In this document: positions 12,503 to 29,767 of the stretch, piece by piece | Layout: each line of letters opens with the position of its first letter | Numbering within the stretch: the first letter of the stretch is position 1 | Program-made: the position numbers and the translations under genes | Assembly (NCBI GenBank): GCA_000165425.1 | Contig: CT867990.1 | Location: 186,001-250,000 of the forward strand | Length of the DNA: 64,000 nt | Source: Paramecium tetraurelia | Lineage: Eukaryota | Direction: 5' to 3' | Notes under the pieces: generated by a model | What the model saw: only the letters and a program-made list of their open reading frames with translations | Told to the model about the DNA's origin: nothing | Database searches by the model: none

Positions 12503-13367
12503 TCATCTTAATGAAATGAATGCTCTGATCTTCTAAGAGTCGATTGAATGAGATAGTGACACATCAACATTCTGATAAAAAGTATTTTGAACATTAGAAG
12601 ATAAAGTCTATAAATAGGGAACTGGAGGGATTCTTTTAATAAGACTATCATCAATCGATTTTGCGATTTTTCTATCCTTGTCTTAATTAATTTTATTGAT
12701 GATCTCATATCTTTGCATCACTTTATAGGGCGGAGACTTGATTTTCTTGGTGTTTAGGTATCTGCAAGTGAATCTAAGATAGTCTGGCTCATTGGTTTGA
12801 AACCTTAGGGTTTTATCGAGGACTGTGGTTCCTTTTCTGTATTTCATGGATTCAATGGATCCGGAGTTATAAACCTATGATGCATCTTTAATGGTTCCAC
12901 TTAAATGGGGAATGAGATTGTCATCAAAATTAGTTTCTGTTATTCTATATTTTGAAGGATAAATGTTTTGTGTTAATGAAATTTTAGGAGTTTTCGGTTT
13001 ATTAAAGCAGTTAACCAAATTCACAGGTAAAGTTGGTTTTACATCTTAGATGCGGTCAGAGACATTATTAGAAATAGGGACTTTGGCCAAGGATGTGTGT
13101 TTGATTTTTTGGTTTGGACATTAACAATAGCCAAAATATTTATTCTAATGTGGAGTGTATGAGACAGACTTGTGATATTTCAACTTTAATTGTCGTTGTT
13201 AAGAATTACTAATTCCACTTTGATAAGGCACGAAATTTTCAGGAAATTTTCCTCTCGAATTTGTTTTCTATACCTTCTGGTTAATAAAATCTAACACATA
13301 ATAGTTGCCATTATCAAGATTATATCTATTATCATATTTATTTTAATTACACAAACTCTTTATCCAT
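12503..13367 (-). CDS. Hypothetical protein
   Basis: MDKEFV + 25-nt intron + long code-6 ORF ending IRAFISLR*. Confidence 0.6.
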
Positions 13368-13499
13368 TTAAAATATAAAAAATAATCATATCAGAAACAT
13401 TAATTTGATAATACTTGAATAGAGGGAGGGAGAATGTATGTATATAATAATTATGGGATTTAATTATCAAAAATATTGATCACATCATCATTTGGGTTA

Positions 13500-14936
13500 T
13501 CATTTCATTCTTTAAGTTTATAATTTTAGTGTCAAATTCTTATTCAATGGAGATATGAGTAGTTGTTATTAGCTTTACATTAAAAACATATTGGATTTGT
13601 ATTATTCTAAAAATATAACTTCATTAACTCCTTTAATTATGATATTGATTGTGCCTTCATCATTTGATAAATTGACAAGTATCTTGGTGTTTTTGGATTT
13701 GATCTAAGTGGTCAAAATGTTGAAGATGCATATCATAAATATAAATAGTTGCTGTTTATACGTGGATAGTAAGTAGGCATTTGAAGATTTCAAAGGGAAT
13801 AGTTCAATATTGAGAAAGCTGAAATAACTGACTACCTTCCTCATGAGATCATAGGTATTGATTATGCCAACTATTCTGTTGTTGAAATGTAAGATAGTGA
13901 GAATTCCCAATTTAAAGAATTTGTGATTCAATAGTTTCGAATTAGAAGTGAGCGAATTCAACATCGATTTTCTGATATTGGAAGTTGAGACAACCTACTT
14001 CTTTTATTGAGTGCATTGTTCCAGGATGATTAAACATTTAAATCTTTCGACATTTATATTGCAAACACGAACCACTACAGTTTTAGAATTGACTTAATAG
14101 GACAACTCATAATTATGTTGTATAAGTGAGAGCCTTTCAGCTTGATAGTCGTTTATCAATTTCTGCTCAAGGGATATGTTTTTATTTTAGCACAATCTTA
14201 AAAAGGTTCTTAAATTACAGCTTTCGCAAAAACTAGATTGGAATCCTGGAAATAGATTAATTTTACTGGATAGAAGAGTAACTAAATTGTTGGAAATAGG
14301 ATCAAGTGAAAATTTAAAAAAGGGTTTTTAAATAATATTTGAAAGTTACTATTGCCATATTAAGTCTTTCATATAAAGGGTAAATTATTATCTGCTCCAT
14401 TGTTTATAAAAGTAAATAGTAACTATCTGAATGGTGGAACTCAGAATTGAGGTAAGTACTAAAAATAAGTTAATTTCAGGCTAGTTTACACATGACAGAT
14501 AAATTTTCAATCCCATAGTTAGAGTTATCTAAACGCAGCTAATATCGAATATTTGCAAGAAGTGCAAATTAGATACTATATCAACAAGAGGCAGTACACT
14601 ATTTAGGGACTCACTTGACATATTGTGAGAATAAGTTATCTAAAGTACTGAAGAAATAGCAACAAGGCATTCCAAGAATATCATCTGTTTCCCTAAATAT
14701 TGATACTTTCTTGTGATCACAAATATCAACACAATTAAGAGTATGTTTGCTATAGGCCACAAATGTTAAGGATTTTCAGGTACTTGGATGAATTGCGAAG
14801 AGAAGTTTAAACAGCTTATTAGGAAATAGATCAAGAGAAAATAAGAATTAGTTTTGCTTCTAAATGCATCAAATTCAGTTTTTTAGTATTCTGACTCAAG
14901 CGTGGGATTATCAAATCTTAGAGTGTATTTGTTCAT
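13500..14936 (-). CDS. Multi-pass membrane protein, vestigial histidine-kinase-like C-terminus, 478 aa
   Basis: MNKYTLRFDNPTLESEYQ, several hydrophobic helices, CESCNLR, LLSTYKQQLFIFMICIFNIL; 1437 nt; paralog of 34476-35912. Confidence 0.65.
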
Positions 14937-14979
14937 TATTAATGTATTATTTTTATTAGCTAATATGAAACTTAAAATT

Positions 14980-16550
14980 CAGTTATTATCATCCTCATTT
15001 TCTTCATATTACTCCTTGACTCCCTTACTTACAATATCTCAATTCATAAAATAAATTAAGGGCCTAACTTCAAAACTAATTTCCCTTTTCGTCTATATTC
15101 CCTCATTCTGTTAGATACTCACACAGAAGATACATCACAATGCAACAATCTTACCTTCTTTTCAACAAAACATTCTAAAAATGCGGCCGCTGGAGATGTT
15201 CCCACTTTACCAGAACTAGAGTTATTGATAACAGCAATACTTCCTTTAATCAATTCTCTATTATAACCCTCTAACGGCAAAACTCAGAAAGGTTCTAAGG
15301 TGATTTTCTCCACTATCTGTAATAATGAAAATCATCCCTACCAATTCGTAAACACTCACAACAGCTACCCAAAACATTTTTAATTATGCCAGTAAGTGTT
15401 GATAATTCGATATTTTCTTAAATCTCAAACTCATATTATGCATATGACATAGCATCAGCCAGTATCAATCTCTATTCAGCATCTGTATTTAATATTTCTA
15501 AAGTTATTCCCTTCTAAGGTTGAATGACATCTGGAACTCTAAATGAATCTGATCGAACAAAATACTCAACCCATGCTGTTGAAAACAACAAAATAATTGG
15601 AAGTCCCAGCTCTGAAAGGTCTCACTACCATATAATCATAAATTTATTCCGTACTGGATTTACTTTTATGCTCAGATTTCCACTATCAAAAACAACTAAA
15701 TTTGGTTCAATATCTTACCTCCTTTCCCTACTAAAGTGTAATACTTTAAGCTTCCTTTATACGACATACAAGAATAAAATAGTTCATATATAGATCCTCT
15801 ACCAACCAGCAGTCAGAAACTCATCTCCTTCGATCAGGGTGAGATTACTTTATCTCTAAACTCTTTTACTATATCTATAATGTAATTCTACTTTTATTCA
15901 TTTATTCAGTTGTAGCAACATTAGGTCTTATTGGTACTGACTTCGGTAAATGATGCAAACTATAATATTAATTATCTCATTATACTTATCTTAGATTCCA
16001 CTTATATTCAATTTAAGTTAGATAACCTCCTTTTGTGATTGTAGTAACAAATTTAAATGATTAATTGGAAATGATGATGATTTCCCTCCTTCTTTCTTCT
16101 ATTATAAATTAAAATGACCATCTACAATTGTCAATTACAGCAAAAACTGAATTCTGCTGTATCATGAATCGTATAATTATGAGGTAATAACACACATATT
16201 GAATTATCTTCAACCTTCTGTTTAACTACCTAGCTAGATACTTTCCAAGGCCAATTTTGCACCATTTTAGTGAAGCCTTGTTGCAATCTGCACTATAACA
16301 TATTCAAATGGATGATCTTCATTTAAAGAATATATACTTACCATTCCCCAAATTTAATTTCCTTCAGTAACTCCTTGGATTTAAATAGAACATTTCTTTG
16401 ACAATCGAATCTGCAGATTTTTTATAGATGGTTAATACAAACATACCCACCCTTTGATCAAGATTGAGTAATGTACTTAATCTCAATGCGTGGAGTAGTC
16501 TCCATGAAAGTGTGTTTCTATAGAGTATCAAAGTAATTGAATCTTACATA
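14980..16550 (-). pseudogene. M17 leucyl aminopeptidase pseudogene
   Basis: VGKGVVFDSG, LEILNTDAEQRLILADAMSYA, AAAFLECFV recognisable; in-frame TGA at 15622-24, 15332-34, 15284-86 (EPF*VLPL), a frameshift near 15360, and the MKxDMGGAA segment missing. Boundaries approximate. Confidence 0.8.
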
Positions 16551-16571
16551 ATTAATAATATTTTATATAAG

Positions 16572-19462
16572 TCATATTAGACCTTTACTTCTACCACTTG
16601 CATTCGAGGTGGTATTCGAATAACTTCCTGACTTATTTATAAGAGATCTAATCCTAATCTTCTTAATTGGAGATTAAGGTCCCACCAATCCTAAAAAGAT
16701 TGGAAGAAGTACTAGGCCCTAATAATGAAGATCACTCATAGTTTACATTAAATGCTCCCAAAATAACCATCAGAATGTACATTCTAAAGTAATACAATTT
16801 AAATAGTGTGGAAGGTGCAAAACCAAGCACTGCCACACCGATGAATTTAGTACAAGCTATGCCAACAAAGACTGAAGTCCCCATTGTTGACATTGCCTCT
16901 CTCACTCTTTCCCATCTTGAACCTTGACATAATCGAAATTTGATAATTATATGTGCAACGAACTCAACTGCCAATCCAATGCAAGTGACTAAATTAACAA
17001 CACTGACTGCATTTATTTCAATCTAAATTAATCTTAATCATTAAGTACCACAAAACCACCAAATATAATGTTTGTTAACCATATTGTTCCTATTAAGTTG
17101 AAGGCTATCAAAAATACAAATAACACCACTATTAGTGCACATATGACATCTTAAACTATAGTCATTGCGAAGAAGATAGTAGCCAAAGCCAATAATATAT
17201 TGGTTATGGCTACTGCTCTTATATACGAGTATTAATCATAAAAGACGTATGGCATAGAATAAGGGTAAACCTTTTGGCCTTCCTTCAAGTTGGCCTGCTA
17301 AACTACTTTATCAATCACCTATCTAGTCTATTCCAAAGACAAGATGTATCCAGCCGAATTGTGGATGGGACGGTGCTAAAATCTCAGCCTACTTGTCTTG
17401 ACATATCCTTTCTCATTTAAAACTATGTCAGCCTCGAATGTTTCTCCACAAATACCATATCTTTGACAACAGGGAGAATTTATTCTCACTCCCAAAAATC
17501 GTTTTAACTGAGTTGGTTGATCATACAATGCAATATCCTATGTTTCACAAGCTTGAATCCATTCAGCTGATTTTCGAGTAAATAAATTAAAAGAAGCTAC
17601 CCAACTATAAATGGGAGGTTGTACTGTTTCATTTAATCTGGACAAAGAATTAGATAGATTGGCTACTAATTCTAAATCATGAGGATCCTAATAATCCAAA
17701 TTCTCTAATATCAAATAAGCCAAAGGTCCTATCTCAATATACTTCTTCTCTAAAGTCATATAATTAAATAAGTTAGAGCCTTCGACCATTGATACCTACT
17801 CATCCAATCCCACTTGTATCTTTGTGATTCCCACACAACTTATTACAAACAATGCCACAAATATTATGATAGTCATTATTATACAAATTGGGTTTTACAA
17901 TAGTCTAGAATAAGTCTTCTTAAAAAAGGTTTAAATTAGTTTTCTATTTTCTCTAAACTGATAATTTATATCCTGCTTACAAACAATGAGATCATATCTT
18001 TTATGTTTCTTTCTCTCCTCATCCCATGTTAAAAAGGCAACAAACATTGTAATTTACAAAAAGTAATCGATGAATACACCCACAGCTGCTTAAATACAAA
18101 ATGATTATAATGCTGGCATCTTAGTCATAGATCCAACCAAAAATGCCAATGTTTCACATATTGCTGCTATTGTAATACTTGGACCCACTTATTCCAACGT
18201 ATTACCCATTCTTTCTTGAATCGTCGGGTGTTTTTGTTTCTTAAATTGATGTGTTATAATAAACATGTTATCAACACCAATTGCCAAAATTAAAAATGGA
18301 ATGACCTTGATAATAGTAACAATTTTACTTCCAAACTAATCATCGTCAATCCTATACTAAAATAGGATACAAGTCCTATGCTGCTTATCATAGAGAGAGC
18401 AACTATAAATATTCCTCCCAATCCCAAAGTAAATCCATTGTATATTTTGCTGGGGAATTACCCTATAGCAAATCCAATGTAGGCGAACATCATCAAGTAT
18501 GACACAACCACAATCCAAGCATTTTAATTTGTCTCATCATTAATTTCATCTGAAACTGATCGTTCTGCCATAAATGCCACCTTGTATTGATCCAAAAGTC
18601 CCTCTTTGGGAGCAGTCATCACTGTTTTATTGTAATAGCCATAAAGCTTTTTGTAATCCCTTTTGTTCAGAGCTTCCAATGTGTCCATCCATACATCTTT
18701 CTCCCACAACTCAGCGTTTTACTTTGTGAACTCATCATTCTTTAGAAGATAGGTAACTGCCATGGTTCTAGCCTAGATGTAACAATGATCACAAGGTTAA
18801 GTGTCATTCTATCGACTCTCGCAGGATCTATTGGTTGTCTAATTTATAGTAGATACATTCCTCCAAATACAGATTCCAAAATGATTGGGATCCCATTCTA
18901 ATCACTGCAAGGGATGTTGGTTTAATTGATATCAATTGATTCTGTACAAAGAGTTGTAAATTGAATATCTTTGTCTTTCTAAAATAAATTATAAATAACA
19001 ACTTCTAATAACTTCGGATCCTAAAGCCATATATCCATTGGACTTGGAACATAACAACCCTTGGCTGAGATTGGTCTATAACACAGATCATCAAGTGTTG
19101 TATTTTTACCTCCAACCAATACCTTCCTGTTTCTGATTATATTCTATAAAAAATAGATCACTTGCAGTCCTTCCTTTTAAAACACATTCACCCAATTTTC
19201 ATTCCTATACGTTAAAATGAATTGATTTGTTCTATAAAAAGGACCATAATTTTTAGAAGAACTCTCCTATTCCTAATAGGTCCTGCTACTAGAAGAAACC
19301 CACAACGCTATGTAAAATATATTAAATACATTGCGGATCAGTTAAGACTGTTAAATTATATAATCCCAACGACATCAGTCCGTTTAAAGTCAGGCAAATC
19401 AAAAATACAAAGCAAGGATATTTTGATCCAAAATATCCTATATGATAAAAGATGCTTAGCAT
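16572..19462 (-). CDS. NPC1: NPC1/Patched-family sterol-sensing-domain membrane protein lacking the N-terminal domain
   Basis: TDPQSLWVS, YGPFYRTNQFI, SSD VIPFLILAIGVDNMFII, GLAVEFVAHI, FKLYYFRMY; several tiny introns; first in-frame ATG at 19462. Confidence 0.85.
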
Positions 19463-19624
19463 CAATAAATATTACTATTTCTAATAATTTTATTAATGAA
19501 AATATATAAAAAAATAATAAAAATAATAAAGAAAACTATAAGATACTTAATAGTTTCAATGAACTAAATTTATTCTCAATGAATTCATTTAAATTCCCAT
19601 CCAGATGCATTCAAGTTTCTTCTT

Positions 19625-20137
19625 TCACCCTAATTTTGGTTAGAATTTGGTTTACTCTCTTTTCATGCCTTTTCGAATTAGAGGCTTTGCACTTCCGTCA
19701 ATTTTATCTTTCTTCATCACTTAATTAATGAAATCTATCACCAGAATGGATGCTCTGAATTCTACTCTTTTTTTAGCCAGACTACCCTCTGTTAAATTTT
19801 TTTTGTGTTTAGTTTCATTTTGAGGAGATGCTAATTAAATTAGAGGCAACTTCAGACGTTCCCCTGATTGAAATGCAATCTTCATGGATGAGGGTTAACT
19901 ACTAGAATCGTTATAAAGTGTGTTTTCAAGGGATTCCTTATTACTGATAGATATAGTAGGTTTTTCTTTAATCAAAGGGAGCTTGGTTGGATATCTTAAT
20001 TGAGAGATGAGAGGAGACGTTTCAAAATCTGAGGAGATCAATTTTGGAGACAGCAAGGCAGAGTTGAAATCTAAATTATTCAAAAATATTGATGGTCTAA
20101 TCTGATTTGTTTATCTAAGAGGTATTTATTGTTGCAT
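19625..20137 (-). CDS. Hypothetical basic protein with RVxF-like motif (KRVEF), 170 aa
   Basis: 513 nt intronless ORF; RPSIFLNNLD and KKRVEFRASILVID; paralog of 11769-12329. Confidence 0.7.
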
Positions 20138-21484
20138 AAATAATTATTTATATTATTCTAATTGAAGACAACATGAATTTAGTATAAATATAGATGTTAT
20201 TTGAAATTTATTTCTCAGAAGTGAGATTTTAAGAAAATTCTTCAAATTATTAATTTAATGCTTATGGTAAATTAAAATGTCCAAGTGAGAAGAGAATAGG
20301 CTGTTTCATATTACGCATCAGCTGTTGATTGTTGTATCAGATATTTAAATTGACAATAAAATTTTTGTTTCTTTTGATTAAATAATTAGAAAATGATCAA
20401 AAAATATATAATTTGAAATTTGTCTCCAATTAACAGGTTGATTAAAATAATTTATAATATAAAATACATTTTGATACCTTTCTCCTTATAAATTGATCTC
20501 ATCAATTAAAATAGCCAATCATGATTAATATTCTATAGAATAAATAAAATTAAAAGTAGGTTAGGTTAAAGTAAAGATTCTATTTTTGCTCTTAATAATA
20601 ATCCTCATAGTTTTCTTATATTTTCATTCTCATTAGCATAATAAATTCATTCCCTCTTGTTTAATTTTGTAAGTTGTTTTAAGAACACTTCTAATAATCT
20701 TTATTTTAATGTTTTGTAATTTTGAAGATTAATTCATAGACCCCCTTTCAAATTCTATGTCTAAATTAACATTCTAATGGAGTTATTAAAAACGATTAAA
20801 TCTAAATAAATTATGTTTATAATGAAGTAGATATTTTTGTTAAATTATTTATTATGTCAAATTCAATTGAGGTTTTATAATTGACAAATTCTAGTCAAAA
20901 TTTAAGAAAAAAGAGAAATTTATTACTTCATGGCTTTGCTTTTCATAACTTAGAACTCTATCAACCAATTCCTGATAATTAATAGTTTCAAAACTATTGG
21001 CATGGTCTTCCTTTAATATATATTTTAATTTTCATAACTGCTAATATTATCACTAGATTAATTGAATATATGTGTAACATTATTCATAAACTTTGGAGTC
21101 TTTTCTATAGAGAAAGTACTTATATAGAAGAGAATACTTAAAGATTATGTGATTTTATGATTATTCACCTATTTAATAAAGTTATTAATTAATCAACCCA
21201 TTTATTTAAAATAATCAATTTGTTTATATTAATTTAAATAAATGTCTAAAAAAGAGAATACCATTCAAAGTGTAAATAAGAAAGTGGCAATATTGAATTA
21301 ATTAATTACAGATTTCAAAGCAATATAATTTTAAGTTGAGTATTTGAAATATATAATTATTTTGAATTAATTAATCTTATGAGTGAAATCTATGTAACTT
21401 TAGGATTTAGAATAATAATATTATTATGAATGGAATGTAAATCAAAGAAATGAGAATTATTTGATATAATATTTATAATATTAA

Positions 21485-23094
21485 ATGGGTTCTTGTGCTG
21501 GATCAAGTTAAAATAAATAAAAGCAACTAAGGGATGAAAGAATTAGAACAGAACCAGATAAAGAAAGAGGAAGTGATGCTTTCACTGGGGGTATCAATCT
21601 CTCAAATGTTTCGAGAAAAAGTGCAGAATCTAAAGGTTTAGATTTGGCTAATCAGAAAAGGAAGACAATGAAAAAGTAAGAGAGTCTTAAAGTCACACTT
21701 TCTATAACAAATGACCCTATATCTAAATACTATGTCAAAAAGAACCTACGTTATTTGGAAGGTGTTAACTTTAAAGATAATATGTTTGTTGTACAACATA
21801 TTGTTACTGGAAAAATTAGAGTTGCCGAAAGATTTTCAATAACTACAACCACGAGTGCTTTCATAAATAAAATAGTCTTCTTGCAATTAGTAAATATTTG
21901 ATCTATTTTAGAATCATCCTAATTTGCTTGATATATACGGAATATTTTAGGAAGATAACTATTTTACTATTATTTCTGACTATTGTAATGGTGGATCATT
22001 GTTAACATTGCTTTCTGAGAGGAATTCTCATTTTGAAGAGGAAGTTGCTGCCTAATGTTGTAGATAAATATACGAAGTGATGGGGTATTTACACAAATTT
22101 GGGCTTTATCATGGTTCATTAAGTTTGAAGAGTTTTGAAAAATATAATCAAGGAAAAAACAAATTTACACTCAAACTTGTTGAGTTTAGTTGTTTATTTT
22201 GTAAATCAGATGTCGATGAAAACAATGTGTAATTTTTATCACCTGAATGTTGCAATGAAAAATAAAGCTAGACTGCTGCCAGAGATTAATGGGCAGTTGG
22301 AATCATTACTATGGCTATAACCTTAGGTAAACTACCATTCAATGCAAAATCCCTACAAGAATGCTTGGATAATATTCAATAATCTTGTAAAAAGGAAGGC
22401 TTCATACAAAAGGAATTGGAGAAATAAGTTGGCAATCCTTTGATTAAAGAATTGATACTTTAATTTTTGCAGGTTTCTCCTTCAAAAAGAATAGACTTTT
22501 TTTAAGCCTTAGAGTGTAAATGGATGAAAAATTACGAACAAATCTTCAAATCATAATTTAAGTAATGTTTAGACGAAATAACTAAGAGAAAAGAAGCAAA
22601 CTTTCTTCAATCTTGCTTCCTTTTAATGATGATTAAACAATTTGATGATCAATACACTCAAATACAAGAAATATTCAATGGATTAGATCTTGACAAAAAT
22701 GGTAGACTCACCAAACCAGAATTAGTTAAACATTACACCTAATACTTTCATCCCAAATATAATGCGCATGAGATCTAAGAATTTGTAGACGAGATTTTTG
22801 ATGCTTCAGATCTTAATCATAGTGGTGATATCGAATTTTCTGAATTTTTGATTGCCCTCTCTAATCAAAAGACCATCATAACTAATGAAAACTTGAAGTG
22901 CATTTTCAATCAAATTAATCAAGGGAAACCATTCGGATTTAATGAATTGCAACCGTTGTTCAGAACTAAAGAAACAGAACTACAAAATTCCCTTCAATCA
23001 ATTCCAAATCAAATTGTAATTATTTTATCTTATATTTTAGATTGACTTTGAAAAATTTTAACAAATTATGTTTGAGTTGATAGAAAACAAATGA
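21485..23094 (+). CDS. CDPK-like pseudokinase with EF-hands, N-terminal acylation motif
   Basis: MGSCAGS; HPNLL, YHGSLSLKSF, KLVEFS, FLSPEC, RDQWAVGII; EF-hands DLDKNGRLTKPE and DLNHSGDIEFSE; introns 21890-21911 and 23016-23040 give 521 codons. Confidence 0.85.
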
Positions 23095-23134
23095 TATGTA
23101 TAAAATCTATCTATAATTTCTAAAATATAAAGAA

Positions 23135-24763
23135 TCATTGACACATTATTTTTTTAAAAATAGGATAAGTAATCTAAAATTATTTATATGTTTGTTTACT
23201 ATTTTATCTTAGAATTCATTAAACTCTAATTTTAATTAACCTTCACGATGAGGAAAAAGAGATATCATCTTCCCAAGAGTTATTCCTTAATTACTATATG
23301 TTAATTGAGAAAAAGCATCCTATAGTTAATCTTCAATTAAACAAGTAGAAGTTTCAAACAGTGATGTAATGTATTCATTATAATCAAAATAAATTCCATT
23401 ATTTTACTTTTCAATTTCTATAAATTAACTTATTATTTCATCCTCTGTGAATTTATTCTTTTTCATAAACTCCATTAATTCATTTTTACTAACCTTCCCA
23501 TCATTTGATGCATCCATTTCATAGAATAAACAGTTTTCCCTATCTTCATTAAAATTAATGTTGATATTTTTAATAATAAATAAGGCTAGACACTAATAGA
23601 TGCATGATTTCTTTTTTAATTGAAATACCTTGTTGAGAAGCTAATTTATTCTCTTTTTACTGATGACCTATTGAGATTAAAAGCAAATATGTGTTGAGGC
23701 AACTTATAAGGATATTCTGTTTTTTTATTACGAATTCAATAATAATCTCAACAACTCTGAATATTGAACATCTTTGATTTGATTGATTACAGTTTTTATG
23801 ATTACTTCATGATTAGAGAGTATATCCTTCTAAATTGATTCAACACTGTCCCCTTGAAAGAGATGTTGACCTGTAAATAATTCTAGTCCAATTATTCCTA
23901 TAGCCCAGCAATCTCTTTATTTTGTATAAATATTGCCTTAATTGCATGCTTCAGGCGAGAAGTATTGAATTTCTTCTTCTTTATGTTATGGTTTAGACAA
24001 TATCTTTTCAATATCTATCAATTTAATTTTTTCTGTTTGAGCACATATTTGAAATGATTTAATATTCAAATAGCCATGAATGATGTTTTTTTAGTGTAAA
24101 TATTCTATAATTTCTATGATTTACTTCAAAATTTCGGATTAATTTTCAATTTGAATTGAAATTAATTCTTTATTTTCAAAATGTTCCTTGACAATTAAAA
24201 ATTAATTTTCAAATTCTAATATTTCGATGATATTCTATAATCTTGGATGAAACTACTTTAATAAAATAACTTACTAATTGTAATTCTAAAATTTATTGCA
24301 CAAGTTCCTTCGTTTATGCATTGCTTTCATATAATGTTCCAATTCTTAGCTTTTTGGTAATTAAATGTCTTATTAATACATTATGTTCATCAAATTTCAT
24401 AATTTCATAGCATAATTAAAGTGGTACTTATTTTAAAGAAATGTTCACTTTGAAGGTCTTCTTGTTCGACTTGTTTTTATTAGAATATTCGCTCTTTTCT
24501 TGGCTATATTAAGACTTCTTCTCGGTTTGGACACTCCCTCTCTTCCTTCTTCCAACATCCAGGATGGCTCCCATATCAATTTTTTATTTTTAGTTGCCTT
24601 ATTGTGACAATTAACTAGAGGGTGATTTTGAGTTTTTATGTGCATTTTCGATATTTGCTTTGAGAGATCCATTATTAGAATTCTTGTTTTATTGGATTGT
24701 ATTGTTTTTTTCTTCTTCTTTTATTTTCCTTTATTTTTAGGAGTGACTAGTGCAAACCCCCAT
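23135..24763 (-). CDS. CDPK-like pseudokinase with EF-hand, N-terminal acylation motif
   Basis: MGVCTSHS; FHPRL, IIHGYLNIKSF, KLIDIE, YFSPEAC, RDCWAIGII; EF-hand DASNDGKVSKNE; 22- and 26-nt introns give 527 codons. Confidence 0.8.
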
Positions 24764-25251
24764 AAATGTATTAATTTTTTATTAATATTATTTTTCACTA
24801 TAATCATACTTAAAGATTTATGGTAGTTAGATCATTATTAATAAAAATTACTTCACTTTATATGTTAGCTGAATTACTTCAAAAATGTGTGAAACTATTT
24901 TATATTTCATTCACTTGGTCTGCAATTTTAAGTGGCTGTAAAATGTAAATTAAGATCAATTTAATAATTGGTTATTAAAGACAAATTAATTTTACAACTT
25001 TCAGAGGTCTTTACAACTAAACTAAAGTGCCCATCAGGCCGACATTAAATTGTCAGAATGATAAAAGTTTTTTTTATTGATTGCCGCTTAATTAAAGCCA
25101 TCTGATTAAAACTATTTAAATTTTTAATTGAAAACTTCAAAACACCTCATAGTCACAATTCTTGAGAGTGTTGAATATCCTGAGATTTAATAGATATTTA
25201 CAATAGCCATATATATAATTAAGGCCACGTTTAAGAGCTATTAATAATTAA

Positions 25252-29739
<4,488 letters not shown>

Positions 29740-29767
29740 CTTATTTTATTTATTCTATAATTAAAAA

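Noticed and set aside
15284..15286. In-frame TGA as possible selenocysteine or Trp readthrough in the aminopeptidase
   Set aside because: It sits at a conserved Trp (TGG to TGA) and co-occurs with other stops, a frameshift and a deletion, so pseudogenisation is simpler.
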